The notes below the pieces were generated by a model. The model was not told the origin of the DNA. It made no database searches and saw nothing but the letters and a program-made list of their open reading frames with translations. A program made the position numbers and the translations under genes. Below are positions 11,653 through 25,098 of a stretch of 64,000 bases of DNA, piece after piece; position 1 is the first letter of the stretch; every line of letters starts with the position of its first letter. The stretch comes from Tubiluchus corallicola (lineage: Eukaryota; Animalia; Priapulida), in contig JAQGDQ010000064.1 of NCBI GenBank assembly GCA_030141605.1, positions 238,116-302,115 on the forward strand, in the 5' to 3' direction.

Positions 11653-14600
11653 CTAATCTGGGAAGCTACTTACTTGGACTTGACATAATAGCTTTTCTGT
11701 TGATAACTTGCAAGTAAAAAAGGATATTGATATCACCAAATATGTAGAAACTATTGGCGTTGCGGGCACAGTACACTCAGTTTCTAGTCATTGGTGTGTA
11801 CAGGAATCGAAACATGAATCGCTACACCCTTAACCGAGTGAATGTTCTCTCTGTATACTGTGATATGGCAATGTCAGGAAAACGTAAATATAGACTTTTG
11901 CTGGCAGGACAGGTCTGTAAATGTTACTCGATGTGCCAATTTGATAAATCCTCTAAAATTGTTGCTATGTCTCGCCCTTCCATACGGTGTGTGATAAAAA
12001 GAAGCACGCAGATTGCAGTGTGTTGGGTGCACCTTCGCTAACATCAACACTGCTTGACTGTCGCTCAAAGAACTCCGCCTCTTGTGCCCAGATGATATAA
12101 AAGTCAATGACGAAGTGAAATTGGCAACAATCTTGTTTAATCAAATTGAAAGGTTCTCATTTCTAGCTCCATGTGCTTCAGATCTTTTAGACTTTCTGCA
12201 GCAGTTGATATTTAGACTAAAAAAGATGGGTTGGTATAATCCTTAGTTGGTACAATTATTTTCTGGATGAGACTAAGGTATAGCCGAGCTCTGACGGATG
12301 ACACCCCGACATATGACCTTGAGTAATACTGTTATTCCTGTCTGTCAACAGATCTCTAATCTATACAGTTTGCTGAATAGTTCTATCCCTGGTGAAGGCT
12401 GCAAGCTGCAAGAGCCTACCCAATTGTATTAGTAATGTTGCCTGTCCTAATTGACAGTGGATTATGATTCTTTCGGGTGACTACCTTGCCATGATTAAAC
12501 TGTAGTTCTATCAGTCAGAATCCGATATACGATAATTACACACCGTTATGTGTATTCAGGGACAGTATTGCTGCTGGCGGTAATAACGCGTTCCTCCAAA
12601 TACAAACAGTTAAACACGCTTTCCCACTCACATTTTTTGAATACTGGTGATAAATTATTTTCCAAAACAGTCAAAGTTTAATGTTTGAACGCCATCTATT
12701 TAAATGATTGTCTATGAATCAAAAACTAAACGCGTTGTATATATTAGGCTCTTACTGGATAATCGTGAGACATTACGGTGTTTTTTTGGCTTTCTGCTTT
12801 AACTTTTGAAATTTACATTCAGAAAGTTACAAGTATACGTTTCTCTTTCAGTCTCAATTTGTGTTGAAAAGATGTCAGCTTCGGTTCACTCAAACGCTTG
12901 ACAAACAAATGATTGTTATGCAGTTTGTCTTATAAACATGTCAAGTCTCACTTGTTTGTCGTCTAAATCCAAAGCAGAGCACGTGACCTGCATTTGATAG
13001 GCCATATATGGGCAAACTAATTGCCAAACATAACTGCCGCCGTGACTGAATTAGCCAGTATTGTTGGCTTCCCTGCAACTAGGAATGCTCTTCACAATCA
13101 ATACTTGGGAGGCCTCACAAAATGTCGCTCAGTTCCCAGTTCCAATGTAACAAAAGAAAGAGATTTTGTGTTCAGAAATAATTTTAGAAACTACTTCAAT
13201 TAGAAAAGACTTCACGAGAACCAATTTAATTACTGTCTACACTACTTAATCTGTGACCTAGTACCGACTATCTAGTCAGAAATGTTTACCATTCATTTTT
13301 AAAAGTTTGACTGACTGCACACAGACACACGAAAGCTTTTGTATGTTCTTTAATTGCATTAGTATACGACGTGCTAGATTTTAACTGATGAATTCTCTTG
13401 ACGTAATTCTTACTGGACACTTGCAGTTACAACCGACATCCTCCATGATTAATAGGAATCTAAAGCCCCAATTTATCGCTTGTGTTCGTATCGTCTAAAC
13501 GCAGACGTGCCAAATAAACCAACTCGAACACGAAACGATACAAAACGAAGAGTTCTTGAAAGTACATTACCGTCAGTAACAGCAGCTGTAGAAGAAAACG
13601 TCGAAGTTCGGCGTGGTTTTCCTTACTCAAACTAAGCATTGCAAGTATGACTTTTTACAACGCAAACGTTAAGGTGGCGACTGGTGAGCAGAATAGGCTA
13701 TTGAAAGCGAAATAACGAGGCATCAGATCCTGTCGCATGCACCTACCGAGCCGTCTGAAAATTTATAATTGCTACATGTGTCAGAAACTTGAGTTTGGAA
13801 GTGATGGAATTTTGCTCACGTCTATTGATTTTTCGTTGATTCAGTCACGCCGTGAAGATTAATTTTGTGTTTTTTCTCATCTCAATAGCATCTACCTCAA
13901 CCTATACAGATATTAGTATTTACTATTCGAAACTGACCAGATATGAATGAAAGCAACTCCGTAAGCTCGCTAAGCCAAATTCGCCGCAAAATAGAGGGAA
14001 ATCTTCATATCGAGATAAATTCTTGTACTGTTACTCTGCCAAGTCTTCTTCTGAAAGGATACGAGAAGAATCAGGATCACGCGTTCACCACGTGCATCTG
14101 ACGAAGTGGTTTGCAAGGAAACCCTCCGCAAAATGCAGCTGCAGAACTTTCAGAAATGAGGTAAACACTATAAATTCTTTGTTATGTAGCAATATTAATG
14201 AAATTATAGGTCTGAGAAACGTCTAACTGGGATCTTTTGGATCATTTTATGCCTCAATATTTCCAGCAAATGGCATTATTTTGAAATATCGGCCATATTG
14301 TTTTTAAATCTTGCAAGAGGTCACTGCAATCATCAGCCAGCACCATACTTTGTTGTTTCGTGACTTAATTGGATACTCACATGGTACACCAGCAATTGCA
14401 TATTATACCTGCTAATGCTGTACAATGCCTTATTTATCAAGGTCGAAACTCAGTGAAGCATGGCAATTGCTAATAATTACTTGACTTTTGTGATGACATA
14501 TTTTTCAATGAAACTCAAACCACCATGCAGTGCTTAAAATAATTTTAATCCTGCTATCTGTTTGTTTTAATAACTAAAACTATAAAAGGTAGACTTGGCT

Positions 14601-17262
14601 GCAGCACTGAAATGTTATTTTCAAACTCTCTGTTACAGCTTGGACAATGTGTATGAACAATGTTGGCTACACGTCTTTGTGTACTTGCCTATTTCTACAG
14701 TTTAGTCATAATTATAATCAGTATTGTGAATACCAGACATACAGTGAACAATAAGCAAATGGCAAATAAAAATGGAATGACGTGAATAGTACAAGTAGTG
14801 AATGTACTGAGCTACACCTAGAAGACAAAACTTTATAAGATACTACTCAGTTGAATGATGTGTAACCAACTAACTAGTAACTACTAAATCTAAGTGATGA
14901 GTACATGTCGTGTATACTGTAGATAAAGTAAAAAAAACGATTCTCAATTTTTGGAGCCCTCATAGGTCAACTGGACAAGGTCGATCAAAAAAGGTCAACT
15001 GCAGAATAAAGTCTTCTGAGCAACTGTTTTGCTTACTGACGAAAATTTTTCAAATAATTTTGCTCCGTCTTGAGACTTAACTATACCCATACAATCATCC
15101 ATTTTCAATATTCAACTTTTCTATTACCGTTTGCTCTCTTTCCTTCTTTTTATTTCTCATTTTCAATAGTTTTTTATCTTAACTATACATTATGCCCATC
15201 TAAGCAGTTTTTAAACACGCTTTGTCTTCTTTCTGCTGCTCAGTGCATTCATTACTCATATTATTCATGTCATTCCGCTTTTGTTTATTATTTGCCTGTT
15301 GTTTACTGAATGTTTGGTGTTCACAATTTAAAATTGAGAGGACATTACAGGGTAATCTAAAAAGGCTATTAGGTTGCCATTTAGGTCAACCAAATAAACT
15401 GTTAACCCAGTACTTATTATAACTACTGCAACCGCAATTGACCTTCATGTTTTAAATGATTTAGGTTATCGAGGAAGGCCCTAAGATTTGTGCATTGTAC
15501 AGCTAAGTGACTTCTAACAGTTTACAGCTCGTTAATTAAACAGGAAAAGCCTAACTACTTGCTGCAATAGTGAGGTAACAATTTAGATGAAATTGAAATG
15601 AGTTTTAAACGATCGTTGATAAACTTGGTAGACCGTAAAGTAGTAAGCAGTTTAAATGGTTCAGTGTATTTTTTTAAATGCATTATGCGTTTGTTTGATA
15701 AATGCGCACTTGTATGGCAAAATACTGTTAACTTTGTGTAATTATTAATATATGCTCGATTCTTACGCAATTACCCGTTTTTGGCTGCCAGCAGCGTCAG
15801 TCATTGAACATCAGTCGCCCAGCCGACCTTCGATTCGCCGCGATATTTTACTGTTTTATCACTATAGTTTCGGACTGTTCTTATGCAAACTACTTTACAT
15901 TTTACTAACAACTTCCTCGTTTTTTTTTCGTTCACAGTTTTTTCTATGTGCGTACGCGTCAATGCGTGCACTTCTCTGCTTGCATGTTTTCTGCGAGCTT
16001 TCTTCATTTAAAAGGCGGCTTGGTTTTCTTCGATGTAAATCTAAGTTGGACACTACAAAACGCTTTCATGTATGTTATTATAATTGTTTATCAAATCATC
16101 GCAAAAAGGAATTAATAATTTCATTCAATGATATGTGCGTGATGTCAGTGTTTTACGTGAAAGATTAAAGGTTGTTACTGGGCGTCGAAAATCTAGGACT
16201 AGCGCCTACACCTCGGAAACGCGTTGCGCAAAAAAACAGGTGATGTACCTATCAGTTTAGAGGTGTTCGGTTGTGCTGTAGTGCACATGTTCGAGAGCTC
16301 ATACGTGAGTACAACGGCAAACTTGAAATTTGAATTTTAAACTTCAAATTTTCCAAGCCTTTGTATATCACACTAATTGTAGTACAGTAGCAACGTATTT
16401 CAGTTCGCTTCCGCAAACACATGCTACACGTTCATGGAATGTTTGTATTTGTTGAAAATTATGTTCACTTGTGAAACACGAGTTGTCTGTAATTAATTGA
16501 GTTTCCAACCTATTATTTAATTGCTAGACATTATTATAGGTGTTAGAATGTATACTTTTTACCGTACTTCAGAATGGCGTGTGATTTGAAAAATCATCCT
16601 GTATAACCTACATGCATGTTTAGCGTGCTGTTTGTAAGTTTTGAGGCACCGGGCAGCGGGCCTGTTAGAACACCAGCTAGTTGTTTGGTAGTCCCCGATC
16701 TCTCTATTCCAAAATCCAGAGTAAAACTTGTGAGGTTAAAATCAGAAGTCGCTGAAACAATATGACAATTAACGCATCTGAAATGGTGCTCAAGTTACAG
16801 GAATCTAGCTGAAGGTTTTCTAATTTTAAGCAAAACTACACAAAACTCGTTCAGCACGCCACGTGTTCTGAGGCTATGACCTTAACCAATAACGTTTTTG
16901 TCCTAAGATATATCGCAGTGCTAAGACATACACAAGGCAATCCATGTACTACACTTTTGTGTACCCTTCGGCACGCTGCAAGTCTGAATTCGGCACTCAA
17001 CGGAAGATCTCCTTGCGGCAAGACCGCCACCGAGCTCGTTATCAAGAGTAACCCTCCAAGATGACATACAGTTTGCAACTAGACTGCAGTCTGGCTCTTT
17101 TTCAAGGATAATTCTCTAACAATGAGTCATTGAACTGGCTGAAGTGTCTTAGCTACATTGGGATGGTGTGCGTGTATACCTCCCTGAACCAAGATCAATT
17201 TGAAGGACCTTGCCCTGAACGAGGTTAACAGCAAAATCAATGTGGCGAATAAAACTGCCTAT

Positions 17263-17476
17263 AGTGGCGTTTGTGTAACTTGCAGATGCGGATGCGGATG
17301 CCTGTTATGCGGAACTGTGCTGAATAGCCTGCGGAGAAATATCAATAGGAAATAGCAGCAGAAAAAGAAAACGCATCCGCATTTGCATAAATGGGTGCAT
17401 TGAAAACGATAAACCGATTTTATCTATTCGCACCCCCCAAAACGCGTCCACATCCGCAAGTTATATAAACGCCACT
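17263..17476. mobile_element. MITE with ~35-bp TIRs, copy 1 (second copy at 33581)
   Basis: AGTGGCGTTTGTGTAACTTGCAGATGCGGATGCG ... CGCGTCCACATCCGCAAGTTATATAAACGCCACT. Internal sequence is shared with 33581-33789. Confidence 0.8.
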
Positions 17477-18469
17477 TAAGGCGAGTAGTGAATCATTCGA
17501 TCAAGAATGGTTTATTGACCAGTCTTGGTATTGCTTAAAGGAAGACAGGATGATTTTTCATATACTACCTCACTTTCAAGCACGGTAAAAAGTATACATT
17601 TTAATGCCAATAATACTGCAAAAGCATTCCTGATAATTAAATAATAGATTAAAATTTTAATTAACAGCGAATGAGCCCAACTATTGACGGCATCACAAAC
17701 GAATATAATTTCAACGGCAAAATCATGCCGTGAGCATGTTGCACGTGCTTGCAAAAACAAAAATTGAAGTACAGCACAGCACTAATTCAGCATGTTGTAT
17801 TAAAACTCACCAAATTTTAAGATGAAAATTCGAATTTCAAATTTAAAGCTGTGCTCACACATATATGTGCAGGTACGTCACGAATGAACACCCTTGGACT
17901 GAGAGGTACAGCACCTGCTTTTGTGCATCGCGTTTGCGAAATGCAGGCGCTAGTGCTTGTTTAATTAGCGAATGGCGAAATGTATGTAACGGCAATGAAT
18001 TAGCCGCGCGAACGCGAAATTGCGTTTGTGTGGTAATAAATCTTTTACGTAAGTCATTTCTGAAAAATAGTATGTTTTCGTTCAATGTTTCAAAGAGTAG
18101 ACTGCTTTGACCTACAGTTTAAGATTGCGTCTGGTGTTCCTTTAACGTCGGCTTACGTGTTGTGACCACTCAACTATTCAGTCACCTCTCGGCATTATCG
18201 TCGTTATTTGGTCATATTTTCAGTGTTTATATTCGAAATTATAGAGTTCTTTTCTCTAGAATTCTCTAGAGAATTCTTTTTTACATTCACCATTAACCTC
18301 TCAGTTGCGTGTACATAGCATTTACAGACTATTCCACAAATTATGCCACTACCTACCTTAATTATTATTTCAGAGACTTATTATGGAGATTTGCTTAGAT
18401 TTGCTTAGATAAAATTAAGTCGCTCAATTTAAACGCTGATCAGTCTATGATTTTGAAATTTGACCTTTC

Positions 18470-18680
18470 AATATCAGTTCTAATTTTCGTCATTTTACAT
18501 CATCTAATTTACGTAATTTTTGTCAATTTGGTATCGTTCAGGTATTTGTTTTCTAGATATACATGCTACGAACAAACTGAGTGACAGGCAGAGAGATAGA
18601 CAAACAAACAAAAAGACAGGCAGACATGTAAACGAATGCAACTGTACATCCCTCTCACTGACAAATGTGTGGATAATGAA
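18470..18680. mobile_element. DINE-1/Helentron-associated (HINE)-like fragment with a GACA/AAAC microsatellite
   Basis: tttgaccttt...atttggtatcg...gacaggcagagagatagacaaacaaac followed by a short hairpin. Architecture only. Confidence 0.35.
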
Positions 18681-21600
18681 GTATTTTCGATAATTTCGAG
18701 GTTACTCTTTGACTGGTGCAGTTATTCACCCGAATCACCCACTATCTTGCTAAGTAATCTCATTTTTTTTGGTTGTGGATATCCCAACTAAAAGGAGAAC
18801 TCGTTACTTGAAATGCACAAGACGCATCCAAGAAGACACGCGTCTCTTCCTCTACAAAATTTGTGGTCTGTTTGTTCAAGCATTTCACTAATCAAATTAC
18901 TGTGATCCAAGCCATTTGCCGCATCAACAGTCTTATCTATTTTGTCCGTTGATGTTGTATTGTCATGTCTTGATAAATAGGTCGTTCGTATATTTTGATT
19001 AACGCCATCAGTTCTTTCTAAACGGCATTGCACTTGAGCAAATGGTGTGCGCTCAGCAGAATCATTCGCAGACGTCAAGGTCATATAATATTATGCAACT
19101 TGCTGTGTCCTGGGATTTATTGTTGAAGTGGCAGGCCGAGAACTAATGAGCTATATAATGTATTTGGAATTTGCTGGCTTTTTTCGCTGTACATGCAATA
19201 GTTGGCCTGATATTGGTAAAAGGAACGGCTTTTTAACATTTTTGATACAAGGATAGCCAAAGTAACGGAGATTCGAACAGTGCTTCCTAGATTAGCATGG
19301 ATTGTCCCTGGTTTACATGTATTCCTTCGGGACATCAGTCTTCATAACTCAACTTCTATAGATGTGTCAACTCATTCTGTTTTGCAGATTCCAAGCACAA
19401 TACTTCATTATCTTAAACTTCTCTCTCCGTGTGTCATATGTAGAATTTGTGTGGAACTTCTAGCCAAAGCAGTTAGAAGAAAGTGAATGTAAATATCTGC
19501 GATCTGTCACAATCACATTTTATCCTTTATAATTATGTTTCCAACAAAATATTCTTAACTGATGGCTATTTTTGGCTATTTTATATTTCCGTTTTTTATA
19601 GATCTTTGTTTAAAGTAACGTGATTTTGTAAAACAGTTTTGTTAAAAAGGGAAGAGTTTAGTTATAAGACTCATTAAAGACTTTCACTGATGATGATCGA
19701 TAACGAATTCCTGATTTAAAAAGTGTAACGAGCTGCGATACTAACAAAATACTTTTAACTTGCAAGCAGCTGGAGGGGCTAAGGCCACCATCATTGCTGT
19801 TTCTTGTTTATTTAAGTTGGAGAACTGGATACAAACAAGACTACAAGAATATAAGGTGCATGTAAGACGAGACTCTCTCATAGAGCTTCCAATGGCAACA
19901 TTCGTTTCTATGTGGTACAGTACAGATTCATCCTGCTGCCCTTGGGTTGTTAGAAGCACGCTTTTCTATAGCTTGGTAACTGTTGTTCAACTTTTCCTGG
20001 TTCACAATTTGCGTTAGGATCTTAGCAGATCTCACATGCCCATATTCAGTGCTCATACTTTCTTAAGAAATGCCTTCGCTTCTGTTTTTCAGACCGGAGA
20101 TCGTTGGTGATCACAATGGTGCATGCGCCCCTGGCTAATTTTACAGTCAGACATAATTGATTTTGTGAAATAATTGTTGTATAACAGTTGTTTAGTATAG
20201 TATAGCTTAATATAATTTATTTATTCCAAAAGCCAAGTACAATTTAACAATATCTTACACAAAAATGCACAATGTAAAAATAACATAAAAATAATAGATA
20301 AAATATAGCCAAACGATTGATTAATTCAGCGCAGTCAGTTATCGGCTCAGATCGGAAGATGAACTTGTAAGGTCTGAGCCGAATAGGTAAAATCGAATAA
20401 CAAAGTTTCAAGATAAAAGGAAGGAAAGCCTGTAAGGTAATAAGTGTAATGATATGATGAGAAACAATGGAGAATGACAAGATGTAGGGATTAGATTTGC
20501 ATTAAAATTTTAATAATATTAACAAGCCATAGCAACCAAACGGAGCAATGTGCAAAAGGGGCGGCACACTCAAAGGTGTCAAAACGAATTTACTTCTTCT
20601 TACTTAAGCTTTAAGCTGATTGCGACAATACAGTTTTGCGTAGTTGTTGATGTAGCATATGTATACAATTACTTCTTACTGCTTGCGAAAACTGTTTCAT
20701 TTCATCATATCAGACTCAATCAGTGTCATGTTTAACCTACTTGGTAATCTGTCTTGCCAGGTGACGTTAGGCGAGCTTTAACTAAGTTCTGTTAATAATA
20801 AATAATGTAAGCAATTTCAAAAGTGATGTCCACGTTACAATTGCTGTCATGTCATGTTTCTTCCTACACCCTAGGGCATAGCAACAGGAGAACAGCACTT
20901 CCCGAGTTACAAAGTAGCACCTTTTATTTTTCGCGTACTCATGATCCTTTTATCTGAGAAGTACGAAAAAAATAAGTTAGAAGATTTCTTTAATTCAAAA
21001 CAATCTGTGATAAGATCCAACGCGCCCTGCTTGCATGCGATGTGTGGTATAATAATTATGCCATGTGATAATGTGTTAAAATGAGAGACCAGCAGCAATA
21101 TTCAAATGTATGGTTTCAAAAATACATTTCTGTAATTGTCTTTACGAATTTGTACAAATCGCACATATGTAATTACCATTGATTGATTGCAATTATTCTA
21201 ATATTGATTTTAAATCGATGTGCCTCGATGTTCACATCAATAAAACATTAGCCATTATAATGGGCTGTAAAACTTAAAATACAGGTAAAAAAGAAACAGG
21301 TCAGTTTACTAAGTGATCCAAGAAGTGCCGGTTATGCCTCATCGTATGTCTACTATGTCCGGAATTATCTAATAAACTAATTATTTTGTTTGCGATTATT
21401 ATTTTAGTCTCCAACGACAGAAAAGTGAAATAAATGAAAATGGACCCTGAACACAGAGCACGCACTTCTCAAAATTACTAGCGAATTAAGTTCAACAGTC
21501 GTCCAATGACAAATAGCTCGTAATATTTGTTTTAGCACTTGAAATCGCTTTGAAGTTTTTACTTAATTGCTTTCGTGGAAACATTGTTTTACACGGGCGT

Positions 21601-24093
21601 CATATGGGATCTACAGTTTGCTAACTTTGCTAAACAGAAATCCCACCTTGAAGCACTAGCCTAGACTAAACTGTAAGAAAAAGAAAATATTGTGGATTGA
21701 CAATCACATTTTTTTCTACAAACCAGCATAATAATAAGTTTTTTGTTTCCTTTCTGACTTTTCGTCTGTGTTATAGTTTGACGTTATTTATTGAGTGTTT
21801 TTACCATTAGAAATTGCCCCATAATAATTCTTCTTTAAAATAAATAACAGTAATTCTGTATTGGATAAAAATGTGATTTTACTTGACTTCTATCAGTCCA
21901 ACACTCCAATTCATAGTAATATTTTCTGGAATAATGACATCGCCGTGTCTTGATTTAAGAGTGCGCAACTTGAACTTCTACAGATGTCTGACACACATCC
22001 TGTAAAATACTTAGTAAGCACTGAGGAGTATGCTAAATTTGTTGCACAGCATGTGAATGATTAGTAAATCAACTGAACTAGCTATAACAATTTACAGAAC
22101 TTTAACTTTTTGTTTGAGTCAAGAAGTTTACTGAAAATACGTTGCTGAAAGCAGTTTACTACCACCCACTATGTGGCTTATTTTTTACGCAGGAACCGCT
22201 CTAACAAATTTAGGAAAATATGGCGAAATTGTATTTAATCAGCCAAGTACTCAAAATTTGGTCGAATGAATCGAAAGTCTTTTTTCAAACTGTTCCATAA
22301 CTTCCCTTTGGATTCACTTGAAAACTTAACATTGTTTTAGTGTTACATCCTAGTCCAACTTTGTGTTGCAAGAAACAACGACTTCAGGCGTCAGTATTAA
22401 GTAAGTTACATAGCGTTCGTCCTAGTTCAGAAATGTATGTGTGGATGGTTCGGCTCCCAAAAGACAGCAATTTACAGTTCACATTCAGGGATGGCAATCA
22501 GATTAAGAGCCTTCTGTCGTAAATTGGCGTATTTAAAATTCTGCATGCAAAGCTGGCGTGTAATGTAGAAGCAGGCTGCTATAATTGTCCATAGAACATT
22601 GATCCAAGGCTTCATTATGAGCAGAACTTTATACGCAGCTGCGAACATGCAACAACGTCTACAATAGAAACCCACTATGACGGACATGCTTACAGGCCTA
22701 ATTGTTAATTGTGATGTCATAAAGTTCTATACGATTTCCATCGTCAATGAAAGTTTAGAATCGACTGATCGACCATTCACATTACGTTAAAACGTAAACC
22801 GATGCAAAATATTCTCAGTCATCACTTTGCAAATCGGCCAGAAATGATACCTCACTGATGATATAAAGTTATAAACCTAATTTTAAGTGTCCTGTTCTTT
22901 TTTGTCCTTATAAGAAGTTGTTCGTTTAGCCTTGCTAGTGAAGTGTTCAATTCCTTGGTACATCAAGGAATGTTCCTTAGTAATCTTAAACACGTATAAT
23001 ACGACTACGTCGTAATTTTGGAATTTAAATTTATTTTCTTATTTTAGATTCACATATATGGATAATAGTACAATAATGTCCTATTAATTTTTATTCAGGA
23101 TATGTAATCTCCTGTAATTTTAGTGTAACGTTTCATTTTTTAACATTTAGTTTTATGTGGCATGGTTTTTTTCGAAAAGAATGATTTCCGATAATGATAT
23201 TATTCGTGATAAAGATGGCTAAAACGCCAAGGCAAATTTAATTCGTAACTCAACTCTTTGAAGTTATTATGTTTTACGCATTAGGCCCATTATTTTACTA
23301 CGTCATCAGAAGAATATTTTTGTGAAGAAAGTCAATTCCACGGTGTCTGAAATCGCGCTTTTTTATTTTTCTCCGAATGATTCCGAGCAAGATGCACTAC
23401 AATATTATTTGTCCATCATCTACGTACACACATAACCTGGCTTCGTAATCAGGCTGCCATATACGCACAGTGGCTTTCTTTGTACACATGTGTTAAATGA
23501 ATAATTTATAAGTTCATCTGTACCGTTTTCTTGCTAGGTTGTAAAAGTCATTACCTGATTCGAGGCTTTGTACTTGTTGCAATGCAGTCATTATCTGAGC
23601 TGAGATTGTACTTGTTGCACTGCAAAGTAGTTGCCTGTTCAGAAATATTTAAATTTCATAAATTGGCCATTGAATCTAACCGCTATGTATAAACGTTATA
23701 AAATACCATTAGACTTTGTATTTGCTGTTACCTTAACCAAATTAGAGATTAAATGCACTTTGTTCAGAAATGCTCACGTTATCAGGATGATAGATTATCA
23801 GGAGAATAATATTGGATATTTGTTCCCTGCGTTTGTTGCCATACAAAACGGCAATGATAAGTTTGTCTTTATAATGAGTAGTCATGATATCGAATTATGC
23901 AAGATTGTTATAGCTTTTCTGGAATTAGCCTTTCAGAGCAGGAATCAGTTATTGTCGGAATAAAATCTAGATACTACTACGTAAAAACTATGGAGTTATT
24001 AATACTTATTTATGAAACATCGTTGTGATGTTTATTTTTAACACTAAGCCTTGTACGAATTAATTGTTATTTGTTCTGCATGTTTGAGCCACA

Positions 24094-24456
24094 ATATTCC
24101 TTTGTAAAGAGATTTTGTCTCTAGTAAACGTCTCTTTTACTGTTGATTAAATCTGTCTTGTTTATTTGTTGCTCAATAAATAAGCACACATCTATTTACG
24201 TGTTGTATTATGACGTTTCAATACAACGCTACAAACCTCGGATCAGGTAACTACTCTGCAACACAACAACCACAAGTGCTCACACCCAGTAACGAAGATA
24301 AAATGTACCTCACAATGTAACGCCTAAATGGATGTGTGTTTGTTTATTGAACCACTATTGCATACATACAAATGTCAGCAACAAATAAACAAGAAAGATT
24401 TAATCAACAGTAAAAGAGACATCTACTAAAGACAAAATCTCCTTACAAAGGCATAT
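24094..24456. repeat. Inverted repeat / MITE with ~100-bp arms
   Basis: atattcctttgtaaagagattttgtctctagtaaacgtctcttttactgttgattaaatctgtcttgtttatttgttgc is the near reverse complement of 24377-24456. Confidence 0.85.
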
Positions 24457-24927
24457 ACCTGATATATAGCAAATATATGGCAAATATGTATATATAAATG
24501 ATAGGAATACAGCAAAGTCATTACCTGATTAAAAGCTTTGCACTTGCTGTGTCTTGTACAAAGCCAGTTTATAAACCAATATCTTATGACTAGTGATGGT
24601 TTGAGGATCTGTACACTCTTTACAAAGTATTGTGCAGATTGATTACGCGGATATAAGGCCATCTGCAGTGCACTGCACGTGGTGCAATGCACCACACTGC
24701 ATGCAATACAAAGTCAGCCTACCCTGTATTACAGCGTGTTTGAGAATCTATAGATGCTGTATCATGTAAGGTCATTACCCGATTTGAGATCTTGTACTTG
24801 TTCATTGTAATGTCCAAGCCTTGCACTTTGTACTTATCATCATTACCTGATTTGAGGCTTTTCATACTTGCTATTTTAATATTACTTTGTCCTACATGAC
24901 ATGACTAATAAGTATTAGCATCCTTAA

Positions 24928-25098
24928 TCACAGCATCAGCAGCCTCAGCCCCTGTAACCTCAACATCCACAACGTCAGCACTTGCAGTCCCAGCACTAAC
25001 AATCTCAGTACCTACAACACGAGTACCCACAATCTCAGAACCTGCAACCTCAGCGCCTATAACCTCTGTACCACAACCTCAGTACTCCCACCTGCAAT
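24928..25098. repeat. Degenerate 15-bp minisatellite (ACAACCTCAGCACCT-like)
   Basis: About 11 diverged 15-mers. The + strand reads as Thr/Ser/Pro pentapeptides. Confidence 0.7.

Noticed and set aside
12058-12246. 62-codon open stretch after TGA CTG in the Kv1 frame
   Set aside because: Separated from the CDS by multiple stops, with no start or clear splice sites and no recognisable domain.
18788-19486. 98-aa minus-strand ORF and neighbouring ORFs
   Set aside because: No recognisable motif or consistent exon chain. May be a decayed repeat.
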